Part shown: one piece after another, positions 13,871 through 25,800 of the stretch
Layout: every line of letters starts with the position of its first letter
How positions within the stretch are numbered: the stretch's first letter is position 1
Notes under the pieces: model-generated
Told to the model about the DNA's origin: nothing
The model's input: only the letters and a program-made list of their open reading frames with translations
The model's database searches: none
Source: Mobula hypostoma
Lineage: Eukaryota
DNA length: 64,000 nucleotides
Direction: 5' to 3'
NCBI RefSeq assembly: GCF_963921235.1
Contig: NC_086097.1
Location: 129,582,001-129,646,000, forward strand
Translations under genes and position numbers: made by a program

Positions 13871-16800
13871 GCAAAGGTGCATACTGGCGCCTGTATAGTT
13901 TAATCTGGTCCTCATGTACATACTACACCACATATTCGGCACCATGCAATGTGGGTGTGCAGGATGGATGGATCACTTTTTGACCTGTGTCGCTTGAGCA
14001 CCCGTACAAAAACAATCAGTAATCCAATTCAAGAAGACCTATACACTGATTACTGTATCCCCATGGCTCACACAGAGGCCAATCTTCTGCTGTTTGTCGA
14101 TAGGTTTGCGGAAGCCAGTTGTCTGTTTGGCCTCATCATCAGCCTGCAAAAGGTGAAAGTCCTGTTCCAACCCAGCCAACATCTGCTGCATCCACCCCAT
14201 CCATCTGCATGAAGGTACACAGCTTACAACAGCGGGAGAATTCAAATAGCTCGGAAGTGTTATTTCTAGTGATGGCTCCCTAGACAAAGAAATCAGTGCT
14301 ATGATTTGCAAGGCCAGTCAAGTCCTTGGGCACTTGTATTCACGCGTCCTGAACCAGCATAACAATCAAAAAGCCACGAAATTCAGGGTGTACAAAGCGG
14401 TCATCCTTTGTAGTCTATCATACAGCTGTGAAATTGGTAAAGGTGCTGAGGAAGAGGATTTCTTGGAATGTATGCGGGATGGTTTTTTGAACCAACATGT
14501 CGAGGAACCAACTAGAGAGCAGGCTATTCTGGACTGGGTTTTGAGCAATGAGGAAGGGTTAATTAGCAATCTTGTCGTGAGAGGCCCCTTGGGTAAAAGT
14601 GACCATAATATGATGGAATTCTTCATTAAGATGGAGAGTGACATAGTTAATTCAGAAACAAAGGTTCTGAACTTAAAGAGGGGTAACTTTGAAGGTATGA
14701 GACGTGAATTAGCTAAGATAGACTGGCAAATGACACTTAAAGGATTGACGGTGGATATGCAATGGCAAGCATTTAAAGGTTGCATGGATGAACTACAACA
14801 ATTGTTCATCCCAGTTTGGCAAAAGAATAAATCAAGGAAGGTAGTGCACCCGTGGCTGACAAGAGAAATTAGGGATAGTATCAATTCCAAAGAAGAAGCA
14901 TACAAATTAGCCAGAGAAAGTGGCTCACCTGAGGACTGGGAGAAATTCAGAGTTCAGCAGAGGAGGACAAAGGGCTTAATTAGGAAGGGGAAAAAAGATT
15001 ATGAGAGAAAACTGGCAGGGAACATAAAAACGGACTGTAAAAGCTGTTATAGATATGTAAAAAGGAAAAGACTGGTAAAGACAAATGTAGGTCCCCTGCA
15101 GACAGAAACAGGTGAATTGATTATGGGGAGCAAGGACATGGCAGACCAATTGAATAATTACTTTGGTTCTGTCTTCACTAAGGAGGACATAAATAATCTT
15201 CCAGAAATAGTAGGGGACAGAGGGTCCAGTGAGATGGAGGAACTGAGTGAAATACATGTTAGTAGGGAAGTGGTGTTAGGTAAATTGAAGGGATTGAAGG
15301 CAGATAAATCCCCAGGGCCAGATGGTCTGCATCCTAGAGTGCTTAAGGAAGTAGCCCAAGAAATAGTGAATGCATTAGTGATAATTTTTCAAAACTCGTT
15401 AGATTCTGGACTAGTTCCTGAGGATTGGAGGGTGGCTAATATAACTCCACTTTTTAAAAAAGGAGGGAGAGAGAAACCGGGGAATTATAGACCGGTTAGC
15501 CTAATGTCGGTGGTGGGGAAACTGCTGGAGTCAGTTATCAAGGATGTGATAACAGCACATTTGGAAAGCGGTGAAATGATCGGACAAAGTCAGCATGGAT
15601 TTGTGAAAGGAAAATCATGTCTGACGAATCTCATAGAGTTTTTTGAGGATGTAACTAGTAGAGTGGATAGGGGAGAACCAGTGGATGTGGTATATTTGGA
15701 TTTTCAAAAGGCTTTTGACAAGGTCCCACACAGGAGATTAGTGTGCAAACTTAAAGCACACGGTATTGGGGGTAAGGTATTGGTGTGGGTGGAGAATTGG
15801 TTAGCAGACAGGAAGCAAAGAGTGGGAATAAACGGGACCTTTTCAGAATGGCAGGCGGTGACTAGTGGGGTACCGCAAGGCTCAGTGCTGGGACCCCAGT
15901 TGTTTACAATATATATTAATGACTTGGATGAGGGAATTAAATGCAGCATCTCCGAGTTTGCGGATGACACGAAGCTGGGTGGCAGTGTTAGCTGTGAGGA
16001 GGATGCTAAGAGGATGCAGAGTGACTTGGATAGGTTGGGTTAGTGGGCAAATTCATGGCAGATGCAATTTAATGTGGATAAATGTGAAGTTATCCACTTT
16101 GGTGGCAAAAATAGGAAAACATTATTATCTGAATGGTGGCTGATTAGGAAAAGGGGAGGTGCAACGAGACCTGGGTGTCATTATACACCAGTCATTGAAA
16201 GTGGGCATGCGGGTACAGCAGGCGGTGAAAAAGGCGAATGGTATGCTGGCATTTATAGTGAGAGGATTCAAGTACAGGAGCAGGGAGGTACTACTGCAGT
16301 TGTACAAGGCCTTGGTGAGACCACACCTGGAGTATTGTGTGCAGTTTTGGTCCCCTAATCTGAGGAAAGACATCCTTGCCAGAGAGGGAGTACAAAGAAG
16401 GTTCACCAGATTGATTCCTGGGATGGCAGGACTTTCATATGAAGAAAGACTGGATGAACTGGGCTTGTACTCGTTGGAATTTAGAAGATTGAGGGGGGAT
16501 CTGATTGAAACGTATAAGATCTTAAAGGGATTGGACAGGCTAGATGCAGGAAGATTGTTCCCGATGTTGGGGAAGTCCAAAACGAGGGGCCACAGTTTGA
16601 GGATAAAGGGGAAGCCTTTTAGGACCGAGATTAGGAAAAACTTCTTCACACAGAGAGTGGTGAATCTGTGGAATTCTCTGCCACAGGAAACAGTTGAGGC
16701 CAGTTCATTGGCTATATTTAAGAGGGAGTTAGATATGGCCCTTGTGGCTACGGGGGGTCAGGGGGTATGGAGGGAAAGCTGGGGCAGGGTTCTGAGTTGG

Positions 16801-17480
16801 ATGATCAGCCATGATCATAATAAATGGCGGTGCAGGCTCGAAGGGCCAAATGGCCTACTCCTGCACCTATTTTCTATGTTTCTATGTTTCTATGAAATCT
16901 GGACCATATCCAGAAGCCACCTTAAAATGCTGTAACCCTTCCATACAAGAAGCCTGAGATCAATCCTGGGCATCCGTTGGCAGGACCATGTCACCAACTG
17001 GAAGTCCTTGAAAGAGCAGAGCAAGTACAGAAGCATTGATCCTGCAAGCTCCGCTTTGCTGGACATGGCATGCTAGATGCATGGGGGATTCCAGAATACC
17101 CAAGCATTTGCTATACGGGGAACTGTCGCCAGGAAGAAGAGGCAGGTGGTGACCTCGTAAGAGGATCAGGAACTGTGTGAAAGCCATCCTCGTGCATGCG
17201 GACATTGCGTCTAAGCAGCTTGGGCAGAGTGCTCAGGACTGGACTGGATGGTGAGCCTCCAACAACTTTGAGAATAGTCACCTTGCAGATTTGGGCACTG
17301 ATCGAGAGAGGAGGAAAGTGGCCACATCAGCTGCACCTACAGTGCCTGGACGGTTTACCTGCCCCTACTGTCAACATTCATGCCTTTCTAGAGTCAGACT
17401 GCAGAGCCACCTCAGAACGCACAATTGACGAGCTGCACAGAGAAACATCATCGTCAGACACGACAGGCAACCAACTCATT
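13871..17480 (+). mobile_element. RTE-clade LINE, sense 3' segment, interrupted by a CR1 at 14435-16892
   Basis: [48 protein letters not shown]; resumes after the CR1 with IWT..LRWHG..RIPKHLLYGEL; RTE-like 3' end CATCATCGTCAGACACGAC. Confidence 0.9.
14435..16892 (+). mobile_element. Young 5'-truncated CR1 (HER1-like) LINE; ORF2 broken by one stop (16041-16043) and one frameshift (~16120)
   Basis: EN C-terminal motif SDH; RT motifs [34 protein letters not shown]; (TTTCTATG)n tail; TGAAAT at both junctions. Confidence 0.97.
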
Positions 17481-17814
17481 GGATAAAATAAAACACAACC
17501 TTTACAAGAAACGAAGAGTTAAAACAAAAGAAAAGTCAACTTTAGTGCAAATTGATCAAAGTGGTTATAGTGTTGCTAAACTATAGTAATTAGGGTTGTG
17601 TGGGTTGGTTCAAGAACCAAATGCTGATGAGATGTACCTGTTCTTATACCCAGTGGTGTGGGACTTCAGGGTTTGTATCTCTTGCCTGATGATAGCTGCA
17701 TGGCCTGAAATGGTGAGGATCTTTGATGCATATTGCCTTCTTTAGTCAATGGGTACTATTGATGGTGGGGAAGTACGTGTCAATGATGTATTAGTCTGAG
17801 TCCACTACTCTGCT

Positions 17815-18010
17815 GTTTACAATGATCAACTAACCTACCTGATAACGTCCCTGGACTGTGGAAGGAAACAAAATCACCCGGGGAAAACCCACGCACTCCA
17901 TGGAGAGGACGTATACTCTCCTTACAGAAGATGCCTGGCTTGAACTCCAAACTCTGACACTCCAAGCTGTAAAAGTTTTTTGCAAACCACCGCGCTACCA
18001 TGATGCCCAC
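17815..18010 (-). mobile_element. HE1-like tRNA-derived SINE
   Basis: TGTGGAAGGAAAC..CCCGGGGAAAACCCACGCA core shared with copies at 39650-39970 (+), 50570-50840 (-) and 51780-52090 (-). Confidence 0.6.
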
Positions 18011-20733
18011 AGATATTATCCCCCTGCTACTCACCTTTCATCCCACCAGCCTCTTCATTCTATACACCATTCTTTGCAATTTTCAGCATCTTTAACAAAT
18101 TTCTATCACACCTTCTCCTTCTTTCTCCACTCCCTGCTTCGATTGTACATCTCCACCAGCCAATCCCTTCTCTAGGCAATTCCTCGTGAAACCACAGGGG
18201 ATGCGACAATTATTCTTCCACCTCATCCATTTTCACCAACCAGGGTTCCAAGAGTCCTTCTAGGTGAATCATTCATTTCTTAAAACATTTTGTGAGCACC
18301 AAAAGTAAAACACAAGGTTCCCTTTTTCATTAGAGTCACTAAATGTAGATTGGGTGAAATCTGTCAAAATCTGAGGATTAGACTGGTGGATTTTTGCAGA
18401 TCCATTTCAAACAAATTAACATCCTTCCTTAAATAAGTAGACCACTATTGTATATAAAGTATTCCAACTGTGGTCTTGCCAATGCTGTACATAACTGAAT
18501 ACACATAATTTCATAGCAATTAACAATATTGTTAGCTCCCTTAATCACTCACTAAACCCACATACTGTACCCACATCAGGCACTTGTAGAATACCTCAGA
18601 GCTCTGAAAATACTCATTTAGATATTGTCTTTTTTAAATGCCCTGCCAAAAAAGATAGGTAGATGTTTTCCCATATTATATTCTACTTATTAGATCTTTG
18701 TCCTTACACTTAACTTGACTCTATCTTTTTTGTAAAAGACCGTTCCTTTATTCAGGACCCTCACTGAGGAAGGCCAGTGTGCTCGGCACCTTCACACCAC
18801 ACTGTCTACCTATGACATCTCTTCTAATGAACTATGCACTTGTGTTTCTAGGTTCCCCTGTTCCATTACGCTACCTAGTGCCTTACTATTTATAGTATAA
18901 GTCCAACACTGATTTGACTTTCCAAATTCCATCATGCCATACTTAACTAAGTTGAAATCTATTTGCCACTCCTCAGCCCACTTCTCTAATCAATCAAGTT
19001 CCCCTGTAATCTATAATACCATTTTCATGATCAAAAACACCTCCCAATCTGTGTCATCTGTAAATTTACTGATCGAGCCTCGTGTGATTGCATTCATATC
19101 ATTTATATAAGTAATGAATAATCCCTGCAGCAGACTACTGGTCACAAGCCTTCATTCCAAGAAACAACTATTAGATGTCATCCTCTGCTTCTTACATCTG
19201 AGCCAATTTTGAATCAACCTAACTTGTTCCCTGGATTTCACGGGACCTAACCTTCAACTGCCCACTGACATCATCTTTCTTTATAGTTGCCTCTTCAAAA
19301 AACTAAGCATTTCATTATGCACAAACGCATGCTGATTCCTCCAAATCAGATTCTGTCTATCCAAACACTGCTAGATCCTGCCCCTTCAAATTCCTTCCAA
19401 TAATTTGCTCACTACTGATATCATGCTGACCAAAGTTCAAAAGAAAGTTATTATCAAAGTACTTATATGTCACCATATACAACACCGAGATACAATTTCT
19501 TGCGGATGTGCTTAATAAATCCATAATAGAATCGGTGAAAAACCGCACCAACTTGGGCACTCAACCATCGTGCAAAAGGCAACAGACTGTGCAAATACAA
19601 AAAGAAAGAAATAATACATAGGCAATAATTATCAAGAACATGAGATGGTAAGTCCACAGGTTGTGGGAACATTTTATTGATGGTGCAGAGAAGTTGAGTA
19701 AAGTTATCCTCACTAGTTCAAAAACCTTATGGTTGAGGGTTAATAACTGTTCCTGAACCTGGTGGTGTGGATCCTGAGGCTCCTGTACTTTCTTCCTGAT
19801 GGCAGCAGTGAGAAGTGATTTTAACCTGGGTGATGGGGTCCCAGATGATAGATGCTTTCCTATGACAATGATCCCTGTAGGTGTGCTCAACGGTGGGGTA
19901 GACTTTACCCATGATGGACTGGGCCTTATCCACTACTTCTTGTAGGATTTTCCATTCAAGGGCATTGGTGTTTCCATACCAGGCTGTAATGCAAGCAGTT
20001 AATATACTCTCCACTACACAGCTATAGAAGTTTGTCGAAGTTTTAGATGGCATGCCGAATTTTCACTAGCTCCTAAGGAAGTGGAGGCACTGGCTGTTTC
20101 CTTTGTCATTGCTTGGCCCAAGGCTGGTCCTCCAAAATGATAACACAGTGGAATTTAAAGTTGCTCACCCTCTCCACTTCTATTCCCCTGATGAGGACTG
20201 GCTCATGACCTCTGGCTTCCTCATCCTGAAGTCAAAAATCAGATCCTTGGTCTTGTACACATTGAGTAGGAGGTTGTATTATGGTACCTCTCAGCCAGAT
20301 TTTCAGTATCCCTCCAATATGCTAATTTGCGCCCCTCTTCTTTTGGTCTAAGACAGTGGTGTCATCAAAAATCTTGAATATGGCACAGGAGCTGTGCTTA
20401 GCCAGACAGTCATAAGCGTAAAGTGAATAGAGCAGGGGTTAAACGCACAGCCTTGTGACACACCTGTGCTGATGGAGATTGTGGAGGAGATGTTGTTACC
20501 AATCTAAACTGACTGGGGTCTGCAAGTGAGGAAATCGAGTATCCAATACCACAGGGAGGTATTAAGACCAAAGTCTTAAAGTTTATTGATTAGTTTTGAG
20601 GGGATGATGGTATTGAATACAAAGCTGTAGTTGATAGAGAGCATCCTGGTGTATGCATCTTTGCTGTCCAGATGTTGAGTGAAGATGGCATCTGCTCTGG
20701 ATCTGTTGTTTTGGTAGGCAAATTGGAGCAGAT

Positions 20734-20829
20734 GTTAGTCCTGACGAAGGGTCTCGGCCTGAAACGTCGACTGCGCCTCGTCCTATAGATGCTGCCTGGC
20801 CTGCTGCGTTCACCAGCAACTTTGATGTA
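20734..20829 (+). mobile_element. 96-bp Penelope-derived insertion with 10-bp TSD inside the Rex1 element
   Basis: TGGAGCAGAT at 20724-20733 and 20830-20839; body nearly identical to 38722-38788. Confidence 0.85.
20736..20773 (+). ncRNA. Minimal type-I hammerhead ribozyme motif of the Penelope-associated kind
   Basis: TAGTC-CTGACGA-AGGGTCTCGGCCT-GAAAC-GTC-GACTG: stem I TAGTC/GACTG, intact core, short stem II, loop-less palindromic stem III (ACGT); predicted cut after 20768. Confidence 0.7.
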
Positions 20830-21381
20830 TGGAGCAGATTCAAGTTACTTCTCAAGTGGGAGTTGATGCGTTTCATTACCAACTTTTCAAAACACTTCAT
20901 CACTGTGGATGTAAATGCCATTGGATGATAGTCATTGAGGCTGGTTACCACGTTCTTCTTGGGCACTGGTATAAGTGAAGCTTGAAGCAGATGGATACCC
21001 CAGACTGCCAAAGCAAGAGTTTAAAGATATCAGTGAACACTCCAGTCAGGTTTAGTACTTGGCCAGGTACCCCGCATGGGCTGGATGCTTTATGTGGATT
21101 CGCCCTCCTGATGGCTGCTCCCACTTTGGTCTCAGAGACTGAAATCACAGGATCATTGGGTACTGTGGGAGACTGTGATGGATCCCCCATGTTTTGATGG
21201 TCAAAGCGAGCACAAAAGGCACTTTAACTCTATGTGGATTTTGCAAAGAGCCAGAATAGCGATGTTGTGGTAGTTAATAGGTTATTCCTATGACATTTAG
21301 CTAGCCGCCCCCAAAGGGGAGGAGTTCATATACTGTACAAGCAGGGTTATTGATAAAGTTCGGTTGCGTATCCTGCATGCT

Positions 21382-21518
21382 GGCAGAAGAAGATGAGTTA
21401 TTAACTTCAAGCTTTCTGCATAATCACTCAAAGAGTTGAACTGAACATGCATGTAATAAGAGCTGTATAACTCATCTCCTTCTACCATAGGCCACGAACC
21501 TATCAATCACCCCTCATA
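21382..21518. mobile_element. Mariner-type MITE lacking its left end
   Basis: Internal inverted repeat GGCAGAAGAAGATGAGTTAT / ATAACTCATCTCCTTCTACC (18/20); right end GGCCACGAACCTATCAATCACCCCTCA|TA. Confidence 0.6.
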
Positions 21519-22831
21519 AATGGCTTCATCACAGCATTGTGTACCCCATCAGACAACTGTGCATATGGAAATCTGAGAGGTGAGCTCATTAGAGACAGGA
21601 TTGTTGCCGGGCTACCAGACAGCAAACTATCAGAGAGACTTCAGTTGTAGGCAAATCTTACACTCGTGAAAGCTATTACTCTGGTCAGGCAGAGGGAAAG
21701 TGTTCATCAGCAACAGGCAGAACTCAGGCATGAAAATGATGCTGAGGTTCTAGATTCAAATAAAGAATGGTTCAGTTGTAAAATGAGGCAGTAAGGTTCA
21801 GAATAGACACTGGGGCAGATGTCACAGCCATCCCTCAATGTCTATTTGCAGTAAACAGGCATTACACCAAACCCAACAAAGAAAGTGCCCATGGGGCCAG
21901 GGAACCATTAGCTCAGTGTGAAAGGAATGTTTGCTACTTCCACCCGTAAAAATGAGAAACAGTTAAAAGAGGATGTCTATGTTGTTCAGAATCTCTTCTG
22001 ACCACTTCTGGGATGACATGCCGTTGAGAAGCTGAACCTCCTTGCTAGGCTGGATTGTCTGAACAATGTTCAGTGGCAGGAGAAGTACCCAGAGTGTTTG
22101 CACAGGCCTGGGGATACTGAAAGAAGAGTACTATACCCAACTGAGGCCAGGTGCGACGTCCTACTCTCTGACCACATTGAAGTACATAACAGTTGCATTG
22201 ATGAACAAAGTCAAAGCTGAACTTGAGGGAGCGGTGGTACTGAACATCATAACTAGAGAGAATGCACCTACTGACTGGTGTGCAGGCATTGTTCCTCTTC
22301 CCAAGCCAGATGGTGCAGAGAGGATAAGTGTTGATCTAATAAAATTGAATAATGCAGTGAGGCAGAAGAAGTTTATTCTGCCCTCTGTTGAGCACACAGT
22401 TGGGAGATTATGTAAAGTAATGTGAAGCATGCAGAAAGCTGCACAAAAATCATGCTGAACCTCTCTATCCCATAGAAATCCCAGACTTTCCACGGCAAGT
22501 TGCAGGAACAGGCATCTTCGAGCTAAAAAGAGACATTATAAACTCTCACTGTAGAATACTCTCACAGAATGTTGAAGTGTCCAAGCTGTCTTCTACATCC
22601 TTAGCAGCTGTTATACAGCACCAGAAAGCTGTATTCACTCACCGTGGAATACCAGAGACACTTGTGATAGGCAACGGTCCAGAATTCAGCTGCTCTGAAT
22701 TTAAAGCCTTTGCTAGGGACAATGAGCTGAAACACAAGCACTCACACGGAACCCACAGGCAAGCAGAGAAGTGGTAAGAGCAGTGCAAATTGCTAAGAGT
22801 CTCCTACTAAAAGCAAAAGTACCCTACAAAT

Positions 22832-23866
22832 GACTACACACAAAATGCTGGAGGAACTCAGCAGGCCAAACAGCATCTATGGAAAAAAGTACAATTGACA
22901 TTTCGGGCTCATTGGTGAAAGAGATACAGGGCTGGAGAAGGGGAAATCTGAAAGGAGAGGACAGAAGGATATGGAAGAAAGAAAAGGAGGAGGAGTACCA
23001 GAGGGAGGTGATGGGCAGGTAAAGAGATAAGGTGAGAAAGAGAGAAATGGGAATGGGGAATGGTCAGTGGGAGCAACATTACTGAAAGTTTGAGAAAACA
23101 GATGTTCACGCCATCAGGTTGGAGGCTACCCAGACGGAATATAAGGTTTCGCTCCTCTAACCTGAGTGTGGCCTCATCGCAACAGTAGAGGAAGCCATGG
23201 ACTGACATGTCGGAATGGGAATGGGAAGCGGAATTAAAATGGGTGGCTACTGGGAGATCCTGCTTTTTCTGGTGGATGGACCGTAGGTGTTTGTCAAAGC
23301 GGTCTCCCAATCTGTATCAGACCTCACTGATATACAGGAGGCCACACCGGGAGCACTGGATACAGTAGATGACCCTAACAGACTCATCTGGAAGGACTGT
23401 TTGGGGCTCTGAATAGTAGTGAGAGAGGAAGTGTAGGGGCAGGTGTAGCACTTGTTCCACTTGTAAGGTTAGGTGCCAGGAGGGAGATTAGTGGGGAGGG
23501 ACGAATGGACAAGGGAGTTGCGTAGGGAGTGATCCCTGCAGAAAGCAGAAAGTTGGGGGGGGGTGGGGGGAGGGAAAGATGTGCTTGTTGGTGGGAAACC
23601 ACTGGAGCTGGCAGAAGCTCCGGAGGTTATGTGTTAGACGCAGAGGCTGGTGGGGTGGTGGGTGAGGACAAGAGGAACCCTATCCCTGGTGGGATGGCAG
23701 GACGATGGGGAGTGGGCAGACGTGCGCTTAATGGAAGAGGTGTGTTTGAGGACGGTGTTAATAGTGGAGGAACGGAAGCCCCTATCTTTGAAGAAGGAGG
23801 AGATCTCCTTAGTTCTGGAATGAAAAGCCTCATCCTGAGAGCAGATGCAGTGAAGATGGAGGAATT
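22832..23866 (-). mobile_element. Penelope-like element 3' part (GIY-YIG endonuclease remnant) inserted in the Gypsy integrase
   Basis: ORF 22909-23310: GDRFDKHLRSI..PVATHFNS.SHSHSDM..RLEERNLIFRLGSLQPDGVN; integrase frame is split between ..PYK and LLVYHSTP. Confidence 0.9.
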
Positions 23867-25479
23867 CCCTGGCTTATCACTGCTGGTCTATCATTCCACG
23901 CCTCATGCGAATGGCTACAGTCCATCAGAGATGTCAATGAGCCGGAGACCGAGAACAAGCCCGCCCGTTTGTTCTTCTGTTTGGGTTTTTAACCAATTCA
24001 CCACAGGAACGATAGTCCAGCAGCATGCACCATGATCGTTTGTGATCAGAACATCTCAAGGTGAAATCAGGTGGAACAGGGATGTGCTGGAGCACCTTCA
24101 AAGTCCATGAAAAGTAGAGAAATAAAGAGAGTGGCCTGATCCTTATGACGAGGACCACTTACCCGATGTGGACGTATGTACCTGTTCAAGAATCTCATCC
24201 ACTCCAACACTTCCAGGAACCTATACTAGATTGGGCCATTTATCTATCCCACCACAAAGATATACTCCATAGCGGTACAACTTAGGGCAAACGACTAAAG
24301 AGGCAGAATAATCCCTTCACTTTGCTGGAGTTTTCAGGCAGTCTACTATGACCTCCACTGGATTTAGTGTTTTTTTAAAAAAGAGTTCGAATGTTGAAAA
24401 CATTTTGCAAAGTGAGACTGTTCTTAAAAAAAAAGGAATTGGTGAAGAAAAGGAGGGAGGGTGGGAGAGAGGGAGAGCATTAAAACAAAGAGAAAGACAG
24501 GTATATGGGCAAGAAATACATATCTAGTTTTTCCTTTTTGTTCAAGCAGGGAGATGTAGTTAATAGTGTGATTCTGGTACAACTCAGTTAGCCAGTACAA
24601 CATGGAAGGAGTTCACATACTGTACAAGCAGAGTTATCAATAAAGTTCAGTTGAGTACTCTACATGCTGGTATCCTGGTGTGCTCTGCACTATCACAACA
24701 GAACACAACAGAAGTGAAGCCCTGTTGTTACCTATGTTGCTTGACCAGTGTCTAGTTCTGTCACTTGTCCTTGCCAGTTGGGGGTAAGGGGGGAGAGATG
24801 TGAGAAATATCTGAACTGTAGTTGAGGACTTTGTCAACTGTAGGAAAGGAAAAGCTGTACTAGAGAACAAAGAAGAAAAGAAAGGAATGTGAGGAGAATA
24901 AAATGAGTGAGAATAGAATCAGTGTAAAATTGGGTGCTGGATGGTCAGCACATACTCGATGAGATGAAGGATCTCTTTCGGTGCTGCGCCTGTCCATGAT
25001 TCCATTATCTCAGAGCAAATATGATGGAGATAGAGAAATTGGGGAAAAGTGTGGAATCCTTCAAAGAAGCAGTAAAGATAGTTGACTGTGGTTAGTAATG
25101 GATCTTGGAGGCCAGCCTAACCTGTGAAATTGCCACTGGCTGCTGTGCTTCGAGTCTGCAAACTTTGCAGAGATTTGCCTCGCTAATATGATGAACTGAA
25201 TTTCGAGGCTCCGGACCTATTCTGGGCTGCTCCAGGGATTTGGATCTAATGATTCAATTTGGATCGGAATGCTGTTGTTGTTGCTTGCTTTGATTGTTTA
25301 TATGATTTGTTTTATGGGTTTTTTTTTCTTTATCTGTGGGCACAGGGGCAGGGGGTGGTTGGTCTTACTTTTTTTAAATTGGGTTCTCTCAGGTTCCTTG
25401 CTTTGCAACTGTTTGTAAGCAAACAAATCTCAAGGTTGTATAATTTATACATTCTTTGAATAAATGCACTTGGAAACAT

Positions 25480-25800
25480 TGAAGTCTCTCTTTCAGATGA
25501 AGACAAGTGGAAGGAAAGCGTCAGATAGACTGAAAGTTTCAAGTTCTTGCAGCAAAAGTATTGTCATCAATGTACCACAGAGGAAAAAAAATATCAAGGG
25601 GACCTGAATAGGACTGAAACAAGCATTGTTTCATATATCCACAGACATGCATAGCTTCAAGTTTCAAAGCCACACCTTTGAGCTGGAGATAGTGCTGAAG
25701 TTGTTCAATGAAAGAACATCGTCAGCATGGCTAAATTGATGTGTTTGAGGAAGGGAACTGGTTCAAGGAAGAGCAGACAACCCCCTCTAATGTGAGATAT
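25480..25800 (-). mobile_element. Old Penelope-like RT fragment
   Basis: Minus strand reads SYAC..GY..LFQSYSGP..WYIDD across frameshifts. Confidence 0.5.

Larger units (their letters stand above)
19432..21225 (-). mobile_element. Rex1/Babar-type LINE, decayed and 5'-truncated
   Basis: IPVPKKNVVTSLNDYHPMAFTSTVMKCFEKLV and NFYSCVVESILTACITAWYG motifs; AATAA-containing 3' end near 19440. Confidence 0.85.
21263..24700 (+). mobile_element. Decayed Gypsy/Ty3 LTR retrotransposon with two short LTRs (~21263-21381 partial; ~24555-24700)
   Basis: Direct repeats GTAGTTAATAG..GGAGTTCA.ATACTGTACAAGCAG.GTTAT..ATAAAGTTC; termini TGTTGTGGTAG / CTATCACAACA; purine tract before the 3' LTR; gag LIRDRIVAGL, RT WCAGIVPLPKPDG, integrase GIPETLVIGNGPEF and STPHANGYSPSE. 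Confidence 0.85.
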
